A stretch of DNA of 64,000 nt from Candidatus Poribacteria bacterium (GTDB lineage: Bacteria > Poribacteria > WGA-4E > GCA-2687025). A program made the position numbers and the translations under genes. Below are positions 46,981-56,603 of the stretch, piece after piece. The notes under the pieces were generated by a model. It was not told the origin of the DNA, ran no database searches, and worked only from the letters and a program-made list of their open reading frames with translations. The stretch covers positions 1,312,001-1,376,000 of the forward strand of contig OY762492.1 of NCBI GenBank assembly GCA_963665845.2, given 5' to 3'. Each line of letters begins with the position of its first letter. Within the stretch, counting starts at the first letter, position 1.

Positions 46981-47146
46981 CTGACCTAATGCCTAAAGTT
47001 GGGACGTTTGAACGACCAAAGCCTTTATTCATGTGAAAAGATCTCGCCAACCAGACCGTCATTCCCGCGCAAGCGGGAATCCAGAGGCGTCCAGAAACCG
47101 TCCGCGTTTACCCGCCGACATGTTCCAACTTAAGACGTAAGTTCAG
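46981..47146. mobile_element. Complete MITE-like element, inverted relative to the 43158 copy
   Basis: CTGACCTAATGCCTAAAGTTGGGAC ... TGTTCCAACTTAAGACGTAAGTTCAG; core at 47061-47080. Confidence 0.7.
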
Positions 47147-47154
47147 TCAGGAAT

Positions 47155-47541
47155 TCATTGGACAGCGGCGCGCAGCTCCTTTAAAAAGTCGCTCATCTCG
47201 TCGTTGGAGGGGGTTGTCTTGCCCTTCTTATACGTCTCAACAAAATCTTTCAGCGTTTCAGCGAGCGCGTCCAGGTCCATGCGGTCGTCGTCGATGGCCT
47301 GGCGCGCCTCGTCAAAAGCCTCGTTGATCTGCTCTTCGGAAATATCGTCGGGCCGCATGTCCAGCGCGGATTGTTGAACCTTGTTGAGCGAGCCTTTATA
47401 CAGATACTCCTGCACGAAGCCGTCCCAGCCGCCTGTTCTCCATAACCCGAATCCAACAACGGCGACCGTTGCCCCTAGGAGAACTAAAACAACGGCTAAA
47501 CAGCCGCGCCCTGTTTTCGGCGTCTTTTCTTCATCGCTCAT
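47155..47541 (-). CDS. Hypothetical small membrane-anchored protein
   Basis: GRGCLAVVLVLLG TM followed by a helical domain. Confidence 0.7.
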   Translation of the reverse strand: MSDEEKTPKTGRGCLAVVLVLLGATVAVVGFGLWRTGGWDGFVQEYLYKGSLNKVQQSALDMRPDDISEEQINEAFDEARQAIDDDRMDLDALAETLKDFVETYKKGKTTPSNDEMSDFLKELRAAVQ

Positions 47542-47584
47542 CGGCGCCCGCCCCTCAAATTTGAATCGCGCGGCATGTCCATCC

Positions 47585-47613
47585 TTGACAAGCTCCGCCT
47601 TAAGTCTTATGAT
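47585..47613 (+). promoter_or_regulatory. sigma70 promoter for yacG-yqeK-rsfS
   Basis: TTGACA-17 bp-TATGAT. Confidence 0.7.
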
Positions 47614-47648
47614 AACTCAAGACGCGTCTGCAGCGAAAGGAAATCGTT

Positions 47649-47861
47649 ATGAGCGCCGACTCAAACCGCTTTGCAATGCCGTGCCGAATGTGCGGCCGTC
47701 CGTTTCTGTATGTGAAAGGCGAGCCGCTGCCGAAGTATTTTCCGTTTTGCCGGCGGCGATGCAAAATGGCGGATCTCGATAACTGGCTCAGCGAGCGGTA
47801 TGTTCTCAGCTCCGAAGGCGAACTTGCCGAAGCGAACGAAGACGGAGACGACGATTCATAA
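47649..47861 (+). CDS. yacG: DNA gyrase inhibitor YacG
   Basis: CRMC...YFPFCRRRCKMADLDNWLSERY. Confidence 0.85.
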   Translation: MSADSNRFAMPCRMCGRPFLYVKGEPLPKYFPFCRRRCKMADLDNWLSERYVLSSEGELAEANEDGDDDS

Positions 47862-47862
47862 G

Positions 47863-48441
47863 ATGATCCAAAAAGTGCGCCGCTATCTTGAATCGCGCCT
47901 GACGCCGAACCGCCTCCGTCATGTAGAGGGCGTTGTGAAAACGTCGCTTGAGCTGGCGCGGCGGCACGGCTTGAACCTGGAACATGCGGAGCAAGCGGCG
48001 CTTCTCCATGACTCTCAAAAGTGGCGCGCGAAGGAGGATCAACTGGCGGCGTGCGAACGCTGGGGCGTTCATTTAGACGCAAACGACCGCGCGCATCCGC
48101 CTGTCTGGCATGCGTTTGCGGGCGCGGCGTTTGCGCGGAAACGTTTTGGGGCATGCGAGGAGGTGTGTCAGGCGGCGCGGAGACATACAACCGGATGGAC
48201 AGATATGTCGGCGTTGGATATGGCGCTGTACGCGGCAGATTTTTGCGAGCCGGGGCGCCTGTATCCGCAGGCGGTTGAGGTGTACCGCGAAGCGATGCGC
48301 GACCTGGAGCGGGGGGTTTTGCTGGCGATGCGTTACCGCCTGCAGTTTCTGCTGGAGCGCGGCGCCTCGATTCATCCGCGGACGGTGGAGGCGCGCAACC
48401 AGCTGTTAAGGCGTTTGGAGGATTCAAGTGGAAGCGGTTGA
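47863..48441 (+). CDS. yqeK: HD-domain Ap4A hydrolase YqeK
   Basis: R.RH..GV, AALLHD..K, WHAF.GA, HTTG, ADF.EPGR; adjacent to rsfS. Confidence 0.88.
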   Translation: MIQKVRRYLESRLTPNRLRHVEGVVKTSLELARRHGLNLEHAEQAALLHDSQKWRAKEDQLAACERWGVHLDANDRAHPPVWHAFAGAAFARKRFGACEEVCQAARRHTTGWTDMSALDMALYAADFCEPGRLYPQAVEVYREAMRDLERGVLLAMRYRLQFLLERGASIHPRTVEARNQLLRRLEDSSGSG

Positions 48442-48841
48442 AGCGGCGAATGTGGCGGCGGAAGCGGCGTTGAGCCGAAAAGCGGCGAATGTGGCGGTCC
48501 TAGACCTGCGCGGCATCGCGTCGTTCACCGACTATTTTGTGATCTGCACCGGTACCTCGGACACGCACGCGGAGGGCGTCGCCGAGGCGGTTCAGGAGAA
48601 GATGAAGGCTGCCGGCTGCCGGCTGATGCGCCGCGAAGGCAGGCGCAAAAGCGACTGGACGCTCCTAGACTATGTCGATGTGATCGTCCATATCTTTGTG
48701 GGCGAGGTGCGGGAGCAGTACGGACTCGAACGGCTATGGGCGGACGCTCCCGCCGAACGCCTCACCGGCGAAGGAGTCGAAATCGACGCGGAATGGGAAG
48801 ACGCGGAAGAGGCGGCAGCGTTCACGGCGCGCGATTTTTAA
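48428..48841 (+). CDS. rsfS: Ribosome silencing factor
   Basis: DYFVICTGTS, W.LLDY.DVIVHIF, YGLERLW.DA. Confidence 0.95.
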   Translation: MEAVEAANVAAEAALSRKAANVAVLDLRGIASFTDYFVICTGTSDTHAEGVAEAVQEKMKAAGCRLMRREGRRKSDWTLLDYVDVIVHIFVGEVREQYGLERLWADAPAERLTGEGVEIDAEWEDAEEAAAFTARDF

Positions 48842-48898
48842 CGCGGGAAGTCTCTACAGGCGATGACATTCTTTTTTCCGCGGCGGTCCGCCGATCCA

Positions 48899-48932
48899 GA
48901 CCGTCATTCCCGCGCAAGCGGGAATCCAGAGT
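48899..48932. repeat. dRS3-like palindrome between convergent genes
   Basis: GTCATTCCCGCGCAAGCGGGAATCCAG. Confidence 0.8.
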
Positions 48933-48988
48933 TTTTCCAGACAGCGTCCGCATTCCAAAAGAGACAGCCTTAACCGCGCGCCCGATCG

Positions 48989-49975
48989 CTATTCTCTTTC
49001 CCCGTCTCCCCGAACAATCTCCCGCACCACATAGATCGGCTTCTGCTGCGCCTCATAGTAAGCGCGCGTCATCATTTCGCCTAAAAGCCCCAGCGTGATC
49101 AACTGCCCGCCGAAAAAGATGAGCAGGATTCCCAGCATCAACATCGGCATCCGCTGCAGCAGCGAATAATGTTCAGGCTTCAGGAACTTCCCGACCGTGA
49201 GCCAAGCGCAGATGAGAAAGCCGGCGGAGCCGCTCAACAACCCAAACTTGCCGAATATCTGTATCGGGCGAGTCGAGTAATTCATCAAAAACAGCACCGT
49301 CGCGAGGTCAAGCAGCACCCTTGTCGCGCGCGACAGCCCGTATTTGGATTTCCCCCACGTTCGCGGGCGGTGATTCACCTCTATCTCGGTCATATTCGCC
49401 CCGATCCAGTGGGCGAGGGCGGGGATGAACCTGTGCATCTCTCCGTAGAGGCGGATGTTCTCAACCACCTCTTTTCGATACGCTTTCAGCGTGCAGCCGT
49501 AGTCGCTCAACTGCGCCCCTGTGAGTCGGCGTATGAGTCGGTTGGCGGCGATGGACGGCAGGCGCCGAAGCAGAAACCCGTCCCGTCTTTTTTTCCGCCA
49601 TCCGCTGACAAGGTCGTACCCTTCGTCCAGCTTCTCCAGCAGCCTTGGAATGTCGGCGGGATCGTTCTGCAGGTCGGCGTCCAGCGCGACGACCACATCT
49701 CCCGTCGCGTGTTGAAACCCGGCGCTCAGCGCCGCCGTCTGTCCAAAGTTCCGCCTAAAAAGGATCGCCGCGGCGTTCGGTGTCGATTCGGCGAGTTCGC
49801 GCAGAATGTCGGCGGAGCCGTCGCTGGAGCCGTCGTCAATGTAAAGGATCTCGCTCTTGAGCGGAATCTTTTCCAGAGCCGCTTGTATCTGGGCATGCAG
49901 CTCGCGCAGATTTTCCCGTTCGTTATAGACGGGCGCGATGACGCTGATGCCGGGCGCGGCGCTCTTACCGTTCAT
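48989..49975 (-). CDS. Glycosyltransferase family 2 (ArnC/DPM-synthase-like)
   Basis: P.YNE..NL, DDGS.DGS, RRNFGQTAA, DADLQNDP, two C-terminal TMs. Confidence 0.92.
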   Translation of the reverse strand: MNGKSAAPGISVIAPVYNERENLRELHAQIQAALEKIPLKSEILYIDDGSSDGSADILRELAESTPNAAAILFRRNFGQTAALSAGFQHATGDVVVALDADLQNDPADIPRLLEKLDEGYDLVSGWRKKRRDGFLLRRLPSIAANRLIRRLTGAQLSDYGCTLKAYRKEVVENIRLYGEMHRFIPALAHWIGANMTEIEVNHRPRTWGKSKYGLSRATRVLLDLATVLFLMNYSTRPIQIFGKFGLLSGSAGFLICAWLTVGKFLKPEHYSLLQRMPMLMLGILLIFFGGQLITLGLLGEMMTRAYYEAQQKPIYVVREIVRGDGERE

Positions 49976-50733
49976 TCGGCGCTGGGCTTTTCGGGCGGCC
50001 ATAGGATGCGCGAGCAGGACGGGCAGGTTTGGTTGTCAGGTTTCGTTTGCGCTTCCAAAATCGTTTGCGGCGGTATGTTCATGGAGCATTCGCTGCATGC
50101 GTAGACGACAGCGCCGCCGCGCTCTTTTTCGTCCGAAATGATGACCTTGGCGATCATGGATACGTTGCGCGCTTTTCGCCATCGGGAGTATTGCTTCAAG
50201 ATCGGGGCGGGCGTTTTTTTTGCCTGCCGCCCCCGCTCCTCCTTTTTTTCTTGAATGCGCTTCTCCAGCTCTTTTGCCTGATGCGCAAGCTCCGTTCGTT
50301 TTTCTACATACTCCTTCTCAAAGCGGGCGCGCTCTTTTTCGCCGTTCTCCATCGTCTCTTTCGCTTCGTCCATCTGCAGCATGAACTGAATCGTCTCCTC
50401 TTCAAGCAGACTGACAGCGTTGCCTGTCGTCCGTATCTGCCGTTCAAAGCCGGTGTATTCGACCGCGTCCGCCGCCGCCAGCAGCCGTTTCTGATATTCT
50501 GCAAGGTTCGCTTGCTCCGCTTCCAGCTGCGATTCAGACTTGGAATGGTCTAGATAAGCGCGTTTATGGGCGTCTTTCAGCTCTTCGAGCCGCTGGTCGG
50601 CGTCGGCGCGCTGCGCCGCCAGCGCCTTGGCTTTCTCGCCAAGAGACCGCCGCCGCTTAAACAGCTCCAGCAAGGCGTCGTCCATTTTTTGAAGGTCGTA
50701 AAGGGCGGCAAAAGCCTCGTGTTGATCAGTCAT
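49972..50733 (-). CDS. Coiled-coil protein with C4 zinc ribbon (COG1579-like)
   Basis: L.DLQ.MD N-terminus, CSEC...CPSC.RIL. Confidence 0.85.
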   Translation of the reverse strand: MTDQHEAFAALYDLQKMDDALLELFKRRRSLGEKAKALAAQRADADQRLEELKDAHKRAYLDHSKSESQLEAEQANLAEYQKRLLAAADAVEYTGFERQIRTTGNAVSLLEEETIQFMLQMDEAKETMENGEKERARFEKEYVEKRTELAHQAKELEKRIQEKKEERGRQAKKTPAPILKQYSRWRKARNVSMIAKVIISDEKERGGAVVYACSECSMNIPPQTILEAQTKPDNQTCPSCSRILWPPEKPSAE

Positions 50734-51640
50734 TTTCCCCCTCGGCGAGCGTTTCATTCGTTTGAGTTTGAAGTTGATACCGGCGATTCAGCCGCCTGCC
50801 CATGAAGGACGCCAGCAGGACGCCGAATTCGTACAGCCCGATCAGCGGCGTCGCCATCATGAGCATCGGGACGATGTCGCCGGGCGTGAGAACCGCCGCG
50901 GCGACGATCAATCCGAAGTAGGCGACGCGCCGTTTTTCGCGGTAGGTGTTCGCGCGGACGATGTCCAGATGCGTCAGGAACGCCATCACCAGCGGCAGCT
51001 CAAAGGCGGCGCCGAAAGCGACCGTCAAGAGAAACAGAAAGCCTGTGTACTTGTCGAATGTCCAATAGTTTTCAGGCTTAAGGACGATTCCAGATGAACG
51101 CCACAGGTTCGCCGACAGCTCCAAGAACAGCGGCGCGGCGATAAAGAAGGCAAACAAGGTACCAAGGATGAAGAAGACGGTCATCAGAAGCGCGAGCCGC
51201 GCGGCGACGCCTCTTTCGGCTTTTCGCAGCGCGGGGACGACAAACGCCCAGATCTGGTAGATCACATACGGAGACGCCGCGATGCCGCCCGCCATGATGC
51301 AGAGCCTGAAAAGCGTTGTGAACGGCTCTAGGGGGCTGTGAAAGATGGGGGTGAAGGGCGTTTGCGCGGAGGCTCCCGCCCGCAGCCATATTTCGGCGTA
51401 AACGGCGGCGCTGGACTGCAGCCCCAGATCGCCCGCCCAGCCGACGATGTCGGCGATGCCGTTCTGAATGCGTATCGCCTGCGGTTTCAGAAGCAGGTTG
51501 TAAAGATGATTCCGAAACGGGAAGGCAAGCGCGACGCCGACGCCGACCGCAATGAGTATGCGTATCAGGCGGCTTCGGAGCTCGTCTAGATGCTCCAGAA
51601 ACGTCATTGAGGCTTCGGCGTTTGCGCGTTTGAGGCGCAC
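50726..51640 (-). CDS. tatC: Twin-arginine translocase subunit TatC
   Basis: MTFLEHLDELRSRL, YQIWAFV.PAL, FELPLV, LTPGD, LYE.G. Confidence 0.95.
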   Translation of the reverse strand: MRLKRANAEASMTFLEHLDELRSRLIRILIAVGVGVALAFPFRNHLYNLLLKPQAIRIQNGIADIVGWAGDLGLQSSAAVYAEIWLRAGASAQTPFTPIFHSPLEPFTTLFRLCIMAGGIAASPYVIYQIWAFVVPALRKAERGVAARLALLMTVFFILGTLFAFFIAAPLFLELSANLWRSSGIVLKPENYWTFDKYTGFLFLLTVAFGAAFELPLVMAFLTHLDIVRANTYREKRRVAYFGLIVAAAVLTPGDIVPMLMMATPLIGLYEFGVLLASFMGRRLNRRYQLQTQTNETLAEGEND

Positions 51641-51663
51641 GCATGCTCTCCCGCGTCGTGTAT

Positions 51664-51885
51664 TTAGGAGGCGGCGGTCTGTTTAGGCGGTTTGTCGGTC
51701 GAGTCGGCAGGCTCCTCTTTGAGCGCCGTTTCGACATCGGTCTGCACCTTTTTGCCGACCTTTTTGAATTCTTGGATGGCTTCTCCAAACGACTTTGCCA
51801 TTTCGGGCAGCCGCTTGCTGCCGAAAATGAGCAGCCCAAGCGCCAGTATGAGAGTGATTTCGAGAGGTCCGAGGTTGCCGAACAT
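51664..51885 (-). CDS. tatA: Twin-arginine translocase TatA/E
   Basis: LLIFGSKRLPEMAKSFGEAIQEFKK. Confidence 0.93.
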   Translation of the reverse strand: MFGNLGPLEITLILALGLLIFGSKRLPEMAKSFGEAIQEFKKVGKKVQTDVETALKEEPADSTDKPPKQTAAS

Positions 51886-51989
51886 GGCCTTTCTCCTTGG
51901 ATAGAAAGCGTTTGCCATTAAGTATAACGCAGGCTTCCGCGCTTCGCAAGGTCGGTTCTTCTGATTTGGGCGGCGGCCCGCAGATCCAG

Positions 51990-52255
51990 ATCGTCATTCC
52001 CGCGCAAGCGAGAATCTTAAAGCCCCGCGGAAGACGCGCCCGCGGAAACCCCCAGCCCCCTTTTTAAGGGGATTCTAGGAAGCCGCGTCCAGGGCGTCCC
52101 CCGCTTTCGCGAGGACATGCATTCCCGCGCCAGCGGAAATCTTAAAGCGCCGCTGAAGACGCGCCCGCGGAAAACCCCCCAGCCCCCTTTTTAAGGGATT
52201 CTAGGAAGCCGCGCCACTCGTCGTCATTTCCGCGCAAGCGGGAATCCAGAGTTTT
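51990..52255. repeat. Tandem cluster of three dRS3-like cores with a duplicated ~73-bp hairpin unit
   Basis: Cores at 51996, 52121 and 52226; GAAGACGCGCCCGCGGAAA..CCCCCAGCCCCCTTTTTAAGGG.ATTCTAGGAAGCCGCG occurs twice. Confidence 0.8.
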
Positions 52256-52300
52256 CCCAGAGAACCTCCGCATTCCAAACGGAACCCTCTAAAATCAAAA

Positions 52301-53542
52301 TCATCGCCTAATAGAGACTGCCGCCTGTAGAAGCTGCGCAGTCCCATCAACGGCGTCTCTGCGGCGGCGCGCCCTGCCGGCGACGCGGCATTCTCCACAT
52401 GAAGCGCGTTGCCGAATGGATGCCAAGTGAGGCGCGCGCCGTCTTTGAAGCCGAGGGCGGACGCCGCTTGAACGAAACTCTTCCGCAAGCCGCCCGCGCT
52501 GGAATCGCCGCATCGCTTCATACAACGCCTCCTGGCGAGCGTTGAGCCTAAGAGCGCAGCCAGCGACGCGCCCCTGCCTGCCTCTGATGCCGAAGGACGC
52601 GTCGGCGAAGAATTCTTGAGTCTCGCCCGGTACATCCGAGACCTGCGGTAGAGGCGGAAGCGCGCGCCGCGCCGCGCTCGGCGAGATCGGCTGCCGAAAG
52701 GACTCCTCATCCATCTCCATCGCCCAGTCAGGGGCAAGAGACATGGGCTGGTTCGGATAGATGGTGTCAGCGTCCGTTGCCCCTCTGTTATGGTCTGCGA
52801 AGGGTCCGAAGTTGACCCATGCGTTCTGCGCTCGCGTCTCCGCCGTCAAGGCAGGCTGCGCTTTCTCAGAGTACATCTGCATATGGTGTATCCATGCGTT
52901 CTCCTCGCCGCGAGGACCGAACATGGCGCCCTCTGGAGCGTGGCCGAAGGCGTCATGCACGATGCGAAAGACCTCCGTATTGTTCAGCCTCTTTCCCTTG
53001 ATTAAGAACGGCGAGTCTTCGAACAGCAGATTCCCGGCGGAGAAGTCCTTAGCCCCTTCCCTCTCACTCCCCCATCCGAGCGAGGTCGGAAAGTACTTCA
53101 ACGACCGATTGAGCAGCAGGCTATCGATCGACTCCCGCGGCTTCTCATAGACGCCTTCCTCGAATTCGTATCCAGCATCCAAGAGCGTCTGCAGCTGCGC
53201 GTTGTTCTCCCGTATGAAAGCGCGGTACGCGCCGATCGTCTCGGGGTCGTCCGGGGAGTGCGGAGCCGTATCTTGCCAGTCCGCAAGCCGTCGCGCGCGG
53301 TCCTCGTTGACTCGCGCATAACGCGCCTGCTCCCTCGGCTCAAGCCCGTAACGCTCCATGTACGCGGCTTTGATGCGCCGAAGCTCCATGTTCGGACCCG
53401 GACTCAACCGCTCCAGTCCGGGCAACTTCCGCTGCGAAAGTTTCGAGGCGCCGCCTGACATTGCGATCTCCTCTCCTGCCTCGTATGGATTCTCTATCTC
53501 CATCGCACAATCGGAGGGCAAGAACCTTCGGATGATCCGCAT
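52301..53542 (-). CDS. Hypothetical protein with a phage-type HDxxGH...GEENAW domain; possibly degraded
   Basis: FRIVHDAFGH, GPRGEENAW..H..MYS, ETRAQNAWVNFGP; both termini look frameshifted. Confidence 0.6.
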   Translation of the reverse strand: MRIIRRFLPSDCAMEIENPYEAGEEIAMSGGASKLSQRKLPGLERLSPGPNMELRRIKAAYMERYGLEPREQARYARVNEDRARRLADWQDTAPHSPDDPETIGAYRAFIRENNAQLQTLLDAGYEFEEGVYEKPRESIDSLLLNRSLKYFPTSLGWGSEREGAKDFSAGNLLFEDSPFLIKGKRLNNTEVFRIVHDAFGHAPEGAMFGPRGEENAWIHHMQMYSEKAQPALTAETRAQNAWVNFGPFADHNRGATDADTIYPNQPMSLAPDWAMEMDEESFRQPISPSAARRALPPLPQVSDVPGETQEFFADASFGIRGRQGRVAGCALRLNARQEALYEAMRRFQRGRLAEEFRSSGVRPRLQRRRAPHLASIRQRASCGECRVAGRARRRRDAVDGTAQLLQAAVSIRR

Positions 53543-53661
53543 AAACCATGTCCATAATCCATGCCCCAGACCGTTTCAGCTCGTCAATGAGCCAGCCGTT
53601 CCGTCAGAGTATTCGCTTCATGGACTACTCCCATTCGCATCGTTTCTTTCGCCGCCCCACT

Positions 53662-53690
53662 ATTATAACCGCATCAAGAGGAAAGCGCAA
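53662..53690 (-). promoter_or_regulatory. sigma70 promoter upstream of the 52301-53621 region
   Basis: TTGCGC-17 bp-TATAAT. Confidence 0.5.
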
Positions 53691-53774
53691 ACGCATTTTG
53701 ATGAGATTCAGCCTTAATTTAGATCAATTAAACGAATCAGGATTTTATTTATGGAAAGGCGGCGCCAATCGGAT

Positions 53775-53904
53775 CGTCCCCCGCTTCCCTGGTCCCCGTT
53801 TTCACAGGACCAGGGAAGCGGGGAATGACCTGGTTGATGACGCTTTTTTCCCATGAATAGAGCGATCGTCCGTTCAAATGTCCCAACTTTAGGCATGAGG
53901 TCAA
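53775..53904. repeat. Partial MITE-like element with a long hairpin
   Basis: CCCCGCTTCCCTGGTCC...GGACCAGGGAAGCGGGG hairpin; ends TGTCCCAACTTTAGGCATGAGGTCA. Confidence 0.75.
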
Positions 53905-54011
53905 GGCGTTCAGGTTGCTAATCAGCGCGCCGCGCGCTAAAATAAGCTGCGTCCGGATGCGGCGCGTCTGCCTGTATCAGGGTTTTTCATAGGCGGTGTT
54001 TTAGTTTGAGA

Positions 54012-56375
54012 ATGTTGTTGCCGTTTCGGATTGGCGTCGCCCTCTCTTTGCTTTGTTTCGTTGCGCCGGCGTTTGGTCTCCGCGCCGAAGAGGACCCAGA
54101 AGAGGATCTATACGCGGCGCGGTGCGTCTTCTATTCGGACGGGCGCATCGTCCGTTTTGACCGCATGCCGATTGTGGCGCGTCTTGGAAAAACGCCGCCG
54201 GGCGTGAACGCGGAGCGGTTTGAAAAGGCGTTTCATCAAGCGGCAACGATCTGGGAAGAAGCGTCCGGCGGGATCATCCGCTTTCGATATGCGGACGAGT
54301 CGGAGGAGCATGTGGACCTGCCTGTCGCTTGGATCACGCATCTTCCTGGGCGCGGACGGGAGCGTCATCTTGGCAGGGCGGTTCTCTCGCGTTTGACCGG
54401 AAACCCGAACGGGTTTCAGGTCGAAATGGAGATTGGCGTCTACGACCGGCATACGGGGCGCGAGCTGACTGACCAGGAGGCGCTGACCGTCTGCCTGCAT
54501 GAATTAGGGCATGCGGTCGGGCTTTGGGGTCACAGCGACCGGCAAGAAGACATTATGTCGCCCGCATCTGCCGCCACCGCCCCGACGGAACGCGACATCG
54601 CCACTTTGCGCGCCATTTATCAAATGCCGGTGAACGCGCCGCTGCATGAGCCGGCGATGCGGGAACTGCGCGCCGAGATCGACGAACGCCCGGACGATGC
54701 CGAGCCGCGTTTTCTTCTAGGGTCGGTCGCGCTGGACGCGGAGCGGTTCGACGAGGCGGTCGAGGCGCTGCAAGCGGGGTTGAACATCGACCGATTTCAC
54801 ATGGCGGCGGCTGAAAAACTTGTCCTGGCGTATCTCGGCGCGGAGCGGTATGAGGAAGCGGCGCAGCGGCTTTACGATGGGCCGCTTTTCAGCGCGGAGC
54901 TGTATAACAACGCCGGCATTGTGTTCGCCGAAAAAGGCGCCCCTGAAGACGCCGTCAGGGCGTTTCAACAGGCTCTCGATCTGAAACCGACGATGGAAGC
55001 GGCGCGGCGAAATCTGGCGCGGGTTCACGCGCGCATCGGAATGGAGAAGATCGAAGCGGAGGAGACAAAAGCGGCGCACGACGCCTTTCGGCAGGCTTGG
55101 GAGCTGGACAAGCGCCCCGTCTACGGGCTTCAGCTGGGGTCGACTCTGATCCAGATAGAGCGGCATCTGGAAGCGGCGCGCGTCTATAAACAGATTCTGA
55201 AAGAGCATCCCGACAACCAGGACGCGCGGGTCAGCCTAGCCGCAGTGTACAACAATCTGGGCGTGGAAGCCATCGAAAAAAAGCGGTGGGAACGGGCGAT
55301 CCGATACTTTGATCAAGCCTCCGAAGCGGACCCCGATTTTGAAATGAGCGTTCAAAATCGGCTTGCGGCGGTCTGGCAATGGGCGTCGTCTCTAGAAACG
55401 GCGAACCCGGCAAAGGCGGTGCGCCTCTACCAAGAATATCTCTCGGCGGCGCCAGACGACTGGGCGGCTTACGCGCAGATCGGCATCATCTACAGCCGGG
55501 CGCAGGCGCACGATAAAGCGGCGGCGGCGTACCAAGAGGCGCTGCGCCTAAACCCCGAACGGGAAACGGTTCGGCGCAACCTTGCCATCGTCTATTACAA
55601 ACGCGCGCATCAGCTCCTGGAAGCGGGGCTGAACGAGGAGGCGGCAGCCTCTTTTTTACAATCGATAGAAACGGACGCGAGCCTTGACGGTCCCTACCAG
55701 GGGCTGGCGGCGGCTTATGTGAAGTCGGACCAATGGACGGAGGCGGCAACTGCCCTAGAAGAAGCGCTGCGCCGTAAACCGGACGATGAATGGACGCGCA
55801 AATGGCTTTTTGCCGCGGCGGTTGAGCTCGGAAATGCGGCTGTTGAACAGGAAGATTTTGAACGCGCTGTGCGGGAGTTTGAACGCGCGCCCCTTGAAAT
55901 GCGCGACGCGCGCGTCAGCGGCATGCTCGGTTTTCTTTATACAAAATTGGAGCGGTACGACCGCGCGGTCGATTCGCTTGGACGCGCGTTGCTGGCAAAT
56001 CCAACCGATGAATCGTTTCAGAACAATTTAAAGTTCAACCGGAAAGCGGTCAAAGAGATTTTGAAGCGCGACAAGTCGTTCCGATGGCGCAGCGTATGGA
56101 TACGTTCGGAGGCGTACCGGCTCGCCTCTTTGATCGGAACGAAGACGAAGAAGGGCGATCTGGAGAAGTTTGACCGGTTCCTGCGGATAGAGCTGGAGGC
56201 GGAGGAGAAAGACGCCGAAGACGCCGCTTTGACGGTGGAAGCGATACAGGCTTGCGCGTTGTTTGCCGCTAAGAAGGGGCGCGCGTCTTATCCGAGCTTA
56301 GCGCGCAGAATCGCTGTTAAAGCGCTGCAGTATGATCCCAGACATGAGGGGTTGACGCAGTTTTTAGGAGAGTAG
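54012..56375 (+). CDS. Secreted matrixin-like (M10/metzincin) metalloprotease with TPR array
   Basis: Signal peptide, HELGHAVGLWGHS plus DIM Met-turn, followed by many TPRs. Confidence 0.85.
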   Translation: MLLPFRIGVALSLLCFVAPAFGLRAEEDPEEDLYAARCVFYSDGRIVRFDRMPIVARLGKTPPGVNAERFEKAFHQAATIWEEASGGIIRFRYADESEEHVDLPVAWITHLPGRGRERHLGRAVLSRLTGNPNGFQVEMEIGVYDRHTGRELTDQEALTVCLHELGHAVGLWGHSDRQEDIMSPASAATAPTERDIATLRAIYQMPVNAPLHEPAMRELRAEIDERPDDAEPRFLLGSVALDAERFDEAVEALQAGLNIDRFHMAAAEKLVLAYLGAERYEEAAQRLYDGPLFSAELYNNAGIVFAEKGAPEDAVRAFQQALDLKPTMEAARRNLARVHARIGMEKIEAEETKAAHDAFRQAWELDKRPVYGLQLGSTLIQIERHLEAARVYKQILKEHPDNQDARVSLAAVYNNLGVEAIEKKRWERAIRYFDQASEADPDFEMSVQNRLAAVWQWASSLETANPAKAVRLYQEYLSAAPDDWAAYAQIGIIYSRAQAHDKAAAAYQEALRLNPERETVRRNLAIVYYKRAHQLLEAGLNEEAAASFLQSIETDASLDGPYQGLAAAYVKSDQWTEAATALEEALRRKPDDEWTRKWLFAAAVELGNAAVEQEDFERAVREFERAPLEMRDARVSGMLGFLYTKLERYDRAVDSLGRALLANPTDESFQNNLKFNRKAVKEILKRDKSFRWRSVWIRSEAYRLASLIGTKTKKGDLEKFDRFLRIELEAEEKDAEDAALTVEAIQACALFAAKKGRASYPSLARRIAVKALQYDPRHEGLTQFLGE

Positions 56376-56447
56376 GCGCATTTCTGCATGTTCCAAACGC
56401 CCATGCCTCTCTTGTCAAGGGTGTTGTATAAGCGCCCATCCTACCCG

Positions 56448-56478
56448 CCGTCATTCCCGCGCAAGCGGGAATCCAGAG
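56448..56478. repeat. dRS3-like palindrome
   Basis: GTCATTCCCGCGCAAGCGGGAATCCAG. Confidence 0.8.
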
Positions 56479-56603
56479 TCCCTGTAGAAACTGTCCGCGT
56501 TCGCTAGGCGGAATATCCCAACAAAGAAAGGCATGTCCGCGCTCCACTTGGCAAACGCGCCGTTTTCCAGTACGATAGCCTCATCAAAACGCAGGAAACA
56601 GAC

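Noticed and set aside
51990-52255. CRISPR array
   Set aside because: The repeats are degenerate palindromes with duplicated, not unique, spacers of irregular length, and there are no cas genes.
53604-53606. Selenocysteine read-through of the in-frame TGA, given selD in the genome
   Set aside because: No redox motif context, no SECIS hairpin that I could recognise, and the frame does not join the main ORF; decay is more parsimonious.
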